Source: Eledone cirrhosa (taxonomy: Eukaryota). Taken from it: 64,000 nt of DNA. Below, piece by piece: positions 58,942 through 64,000 of the stretch. The stretch is taken from contig OZ024751.1 in NCBI GenBank assembly GCA_964016885.1, positions 6,820,001-6,884,000 on the forward strand, read 5' to 3'. Positions within the stretch are counted from its first letter, which is position 1; every line of letters starts with the position of its first letter. The notes under the pieces were generated by a model, which ran no database searches, was not told where the DNA came from, and saw nothing but the letters and a program-made list of their open reading frames with translations. The translations under genes and the position numbers were made by a program.

Positions 58942-59087
58942 AACCAGTAAGACCCCAGAATTAGCCGTCGAAACGGCTTGAGCTCAGCCGTCGGGGTCTT
59001 ACTGGTTGCTATTACCCACTCTACTACCCCAAGTATTGAGTACTTTGGTGCGTTAGGTCCACCTGGTTCCTTACCACATTTCCTTCG

Positions 59088-59090
<3 letters not shown>
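58939..59090 (+). mobile_element. family C mini element with 18-bp inverted arm
   Basis: 58955-59090 is near-identical to 37986-38121; 58939-58956 is the reverse complement of GGGGTCTTACTGGTTCCT. Confidence 0.85.
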
Positions 59091-59142
<52 letters not shown>

Positions 59143-59310
59143 CAGCAGTTATTATATGTATGTACATTTATTTATTTTGTGAACGTTCCGCTTATTTCTG
59201 GAGTATAAATGCTTCTGGGTCATATCTCGGATGTATTATCTCCTTTAATTGCTGTATATAGAAGCACATTGTGATTGAAATGCACACACACACATGCACA
59301 CACACACACG

Positions 59311-59419
<109 letters not shown>

Positions 59420-59634
59420 CTTCATGTTAACACATATCTTAGGAGCTTCCGATTCCACAGTCAGGTTCGATAATTAATCGATCGATCCTCGAGCTGATCA
59501 GCAGTGAAACATATGTAATAGGTAATTAAATATGTATATGATGCAACACTGATTCTCAAAATTTATTATAAGAAAAGATTAAAGTTTGAGCAAAGCATCA
59601 CTGTTTTCACCCTTAACGAGATCAGTACAATATA

Positions 59635-59666
<32 letters not shown>

Positions 59667-59671
59667 CATAC

Positions 59672-59713
<42 letters not shown>

Positions 59714-59807
59714 GTGTGTATGTAACAGGTTAACAGAAATAACAACACAATAGGTAGAGTATATGGAGGGATATATTAGCTTAACTCTCGATATCGTAGG
59801 AAGAGTG

Positions 59808-59843
59808 TCTTAACCTTTCGGATGCTAGTCCTTTATCAGAAGA
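59808..59843 (-). ncRNA. decayed minimal hammerhead (PLE end)
   Basis: TCTT-CTGATAA-AGGACTAGCATCC-GAAA-GG-TT-AAGA. Confidence 0.45.
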
Positions 59844-60249
59844 AAAATGAGAAATAAGATAGATTGAGGGGACGGGCGGGATGGAATTGGACAAAATGTC
59901 TTTAGGTAAAAATAACAGGTCCATTCATGTTGACATCTGTTGCAAAACTGTTGGTGCTGGCGTTTTGTGAATGATTTGTTGTTTTAGAAAAGTGGATGAT
60001 GGCGCGCGTCTACCTGAAATGAAAAAAAAAACGTTTTGTAAAAAGAGCTATACTTGGTAACATGCGTAACGATGTGTTTGTATGTGCGTGTGTCTGTGTC
60101 TTTGTGTGTATGATATACGTCCGTACGACTATAAGAAGAAATGTGTTTGTATATGTGAGTAAAAGAGTGTGTGTGCATGTAAGTACGAAGCTATGAGCAA
60201 AGGTATGTTAATATAAGGGTGCGTATGTGTGTATAGCCGTCCGATTTCG

Positions 60250-60342
60250 GACTCTTTTCCTATTACCCACTCTGCTACCCCAAGTATCGAGTACTCTGGT
60301 GAGTTATGATCCATCTTGTTTCTTACCACACTTTCTTTGTTA
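60250..60342 (+). mobile_element. family C tail fragment
   Basis: TTCCTATTACCCACTCT.CTACCCCAAGTAT.GAGTACT..CTTACCACA, as at 38037-38121. Confidence 0.75.
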
Positions 60343-60792
60343 TATATATATATATATAAGCGTTAGATATTGGTGCAGATATGTTTTGTAAATATGATAA
60401 CCTTTCACTCTTTACATTATCAGATATGGAAACAGAATTTACCGATTTAAACAAGAATGGTACGAAGCTTTTTGAAAATTGATAGGCACTGGATATTGTA
60501 ACGAATTCGTCCTTTCATGGGCAAGGATGTAATCACGGTATACATTCATTCATCAGTTGTGTGTATCATGTCATCAGCTGCAATGCCGGACTAATTGAAC
60601 GAGAACGATGACCACGTAGGCTTGTGTCGCATCCGAGGTGGGATGATATTTTGTCGAAGAAAAAGGGCTATTTCTGCTTGTGTGTATGTGTGGGTCAGGC
60701 GATATATATATAGGCAAACACACACACGTGTATCTATGAATACACACCCGCATAGCTGCACCACCAATTAAACCACAATACACACGAAAAAA

Positions 60793-61453
60793 TATATGTA
60801 AAGAAAACTTCCTTGTTTTTTTTCTATTATAGATATACACAAAGAGAGAGAGATATATAGAGACAGAGAGAGAGAGAGTGAGAGAGAGAGAAAAAGCGTA
60901 ATGATTCAGTGAATTGCTCGTGGTAGTATCCAAACAAGCACTCGATGCACAGCCAGAGTATATATATTAAGATATACGATGATGTTTCGTTTACATGTAT
61001 TTAGTTTTTCATTGTGCATCGACCTCTTACGCGCGTTTGGTTCAAGGTTAGCCATAGAAATTATGGACTCGACTCCATTTTCGATCTGCTCGTGTGTGAC
61101 TGGGGATTCGATAAATCCCAACAAACTTTATTTTTGGTTGGATCACCAGCCTGAATTGCATATATATATATATATATAATATATATATATATGCAATTCA
61201 GGCTGGTGATCCAACCAAAAATAAAGTTTGTTGGGATTTATCGAATCCCCAGTCACACACGAGCAGATCGAAAATGGAGTCGAGTCCATAATTTCTATGG
61301 CTAACCTTGAACCAAACGCGCGTAAGAGGTCGATGCACAATGAAAAACTAAATACATGTAAACGAAACATCATCGTATATCTTAATATATATACTCTGGC
61401 TGTGCATCGAGTGCTTGTTTGGATACTACCACGAGCAATTCACTGAATCATTA

Positions 61454-61500
<47 letters not shown>

Positions 61501-61575
61501 TCCCTATCTCTCTCTCTCTCTCTCTTTATGTATATCTATAATAGTTAAAAAACAAGGAAGTTTCCTTTACATATA
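60793..61575. repeat. long palindrome centred on a (TA)n spacer
   Basis: 60893-61160 appears identical to the reverse complement of 61193-61460 (mirror ORFs translate identically); outer arms are diverged. Confidence 0.95.
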
Positions 61576-61650
61576 CTTTTCCTTTACATATATATATATT
61601 GTTATACTTTGGGAGGGTCATGTTGCCAATAAGTTGCAAATTCAGAAACG

Positions 61651-61712
<62 letters not shown>

Positions 61713-61717
<5 letters not shown>

Positions 61718-62385
61718 TGTCTATATATAGTGTATTTTCCAATACACTGTATGCTTAATTAAAAGGATTTAGAAGACCATACGCTATTGTTTTAAAATAG
61801 TGACAAAATAGTGACAATTTCCAGCAAAAGGTTTCAGCAAACAGGGGGGGGGGGGGGGGTAGTGAAATTTGATAAGTACCGAAATGTACAAAACAGAGGT
61901 CTGTCGGTTTACCTCCCCTGTTTGCTGAAAATTTAAATAAGTGACATTGTCACTATATTAAAACAATAGCGTATGGTCTTCAAAATGCTTTTAATTAAGC
62001 ATAAAGTGTATTTCAAAATACACTATATATGCATTCATATAATTATCGCTATTTCAGAGCACCAATTCTAATTTTCAATTTCTCTTGAACCGGCGACCGC
62101 TCTGTATAATCAGTTCCTGATTATTACTGGAATTCTATAAGAATCCAAAACACATAATTTTCAGCAAGCAGGAGGGGTAGTGAACTTTCATTAGTACCAA
62201 AAAATACGAAACAGAGCTCTGTCAGTTTATCTCCCCTGTTTGCTGAAAATTTAAATGAGTGTCATTGTCACTATTTTAAAACAATAGTGTATGGTCTTCA
62301 AAATGATTTTAATTAAGCACACAGTGTATTGCATAATACACTATATATACATTTATATATATATCGCTATTTCAGAGCAACAATT

Positions 62386-62388
<3 letters not shown>
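61713..62388. repeat. foldback + ~327-bp tandem element between (TA)n tracts
   Basis: 61713-61806 is inverted to 61947-62040; 61832-62070 is repeated at 62159-62388. Confidence 0.8.
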
Positions 62389-62432
<44 letters not shown>

Positions 62433-62850
62433 GCATGATTGCGTGTTCGTTTCTAAAATTAATTTTATTGAGGTTACACTTCATTATAATATTGAAACAT
62501 TTATACATGAAAATATACATGAAAATATTGACCGTTCACTGTCTCTCTTGTTTACACACTCTAACAAATATACTCCCATTTAAGCACAGAAGTAGCTCGT
62601 ACATGCACACATATATACGCACATACATGGACAAATATATACGCACATACATGGACACACATATACATTATATATATATGTAGATAAATCTACCAAAATA
62701 TACGGTAGCGTCCAATCCCTATGAAGAACTCAATGGAATCCAAATATCATAAATAAAAAGATGCATTCAAAAATGTTCGATAAAAATCATAGGAAAACAG
62801 AGTCAAGGTAAATTAATAAAAACAATGAAATAAAAACAAAGAACAAGTTC

Positions 62851-62918
<68 letters not shown>

Positions 62919-63223
62919 TAAACATGTACACACAAGCATACTCGAATGCATGCACACATATACATACACAAACCACAATCGTATTCGATAGTATTGTTTT
63001 TGACTTCCGATGTCATGCTGTGTCGAAATTAAATTATACATTTTTGCATGTGTGCATATATATATATGTAAAAGTATGTATGTGTATATATATATATATA
63101 TATCCCCACAAAGAAACTCGCACGTATGTATATACATAGTATAATTTACTTAAATTCTTACATGAATCGTACGACGCTCTTTGCGCATCAAATGTTATCA
63201 TTAACGATATATATGTATATATG

Positions 63224-63411
<188 letters not shown>

Positions 63412-63930
63412 CCTATATTGTTCTATTCGTATCCCATCTATACTTCAATTTACTACTCGTCGTAGAATCTTTTTTCATCACTTGACATATAGTTGCAAAT
63501 GGGTATTATTCAACATGAGTATAATCAGCTTCTATTTAAACTATTTAGGCCTATGTAGTGATTTATAAATAGAAAATTGATCCACTTGACTATCCAATAT
63601 CGTAAGCCGTTATAGCGACCTTTACTTGAGTTAATCAATCAATACAAGTTGGTGAACAAAGCTATACGGCTCAAGTAATGCTCGCTTTGTCCCCTCAAAT
63701 CGCCTTCATATACTGACAATATTTAATTCCACAATATCTTAAGGATGTCTATGGAGAAGGATTTGAGATTTGTAAGAGGAGAGGAAATAACATTAAGCAT
63801 ATAGTTCGTGTGCTTCATGAATCAATTAATATCTCATTAATTTATACACTATATATAGGTACTTATATCTAGTTTAAGTATACAATATATTCCTACACAC
63901 TTTGAGAAACATGAAATAAATAGTTTAACG

Positions 63931-63936
<6 letters not shown>

Positions 63937-64000
<64 letters not shown>
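63937..64000. repeat. (TA)n microsatellite (representative of dozens in the window)
   Basis: Pure TA run; similar tracts at 875-980, 9262-9329, 11668-11824, 28374-28567, 31483-31739, 33121-33234, 52790-52876 and elsewhere. Confidence 0.99.

Noticed and set aside
60906-61446. Duplicated 72-aa ORF on both strands
   Set aside because: By-product of the palindrome; TTG start and no recognisable domain.

Overview
AT-rich, microsatellite-saturated eukaryotic DNA with dozens of (TA)n, (CA)n and (GA)n tracts. The tRNA-derived SINE families resemble those of octopus/coleoid cephalopods (inference from recalled consensus motifs). I see no intact host gene, tRNA, rRNA or CRISPR array; almost all listed ORFs are microsatellite artefacts. 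Recognisable coding remnants are a decayed RepHel Helitron (19.3-22.2 kb), two Penelope-like elements (PLEs) with RT + GIY-YIG and a tail-to-tail inverted 3' arm (33.3-36.05 kb, Naiad-like; 53.2-56.6 kb), smaller PLE pieces, two RTE-LINE 3' ends, and possibly a decayed ionotropic-receptor-like sequence (46.3-47.3 kb). The main hidden signal is RNA-structural. More than 20 type I hammerhead-ribozyme motifs from roughly a dozen sequence families were found by eye. They sit in short ORF-less tandem or foldback elements inserted into (TA)n tracts. One ~520-550 bp tandem family has a long helix II with compensatory substitutions (retrozyme-like). In two independent insertions the inversion junction falls on the predicted ribozyme cleavage site. 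Several families carry recurrent non-canonical cores (U3-A8, U4C, U4A, mismatched 10.1-11.1). Coordinates were read by eye and may be off by a few nt; no folding, alignment or database search was run.
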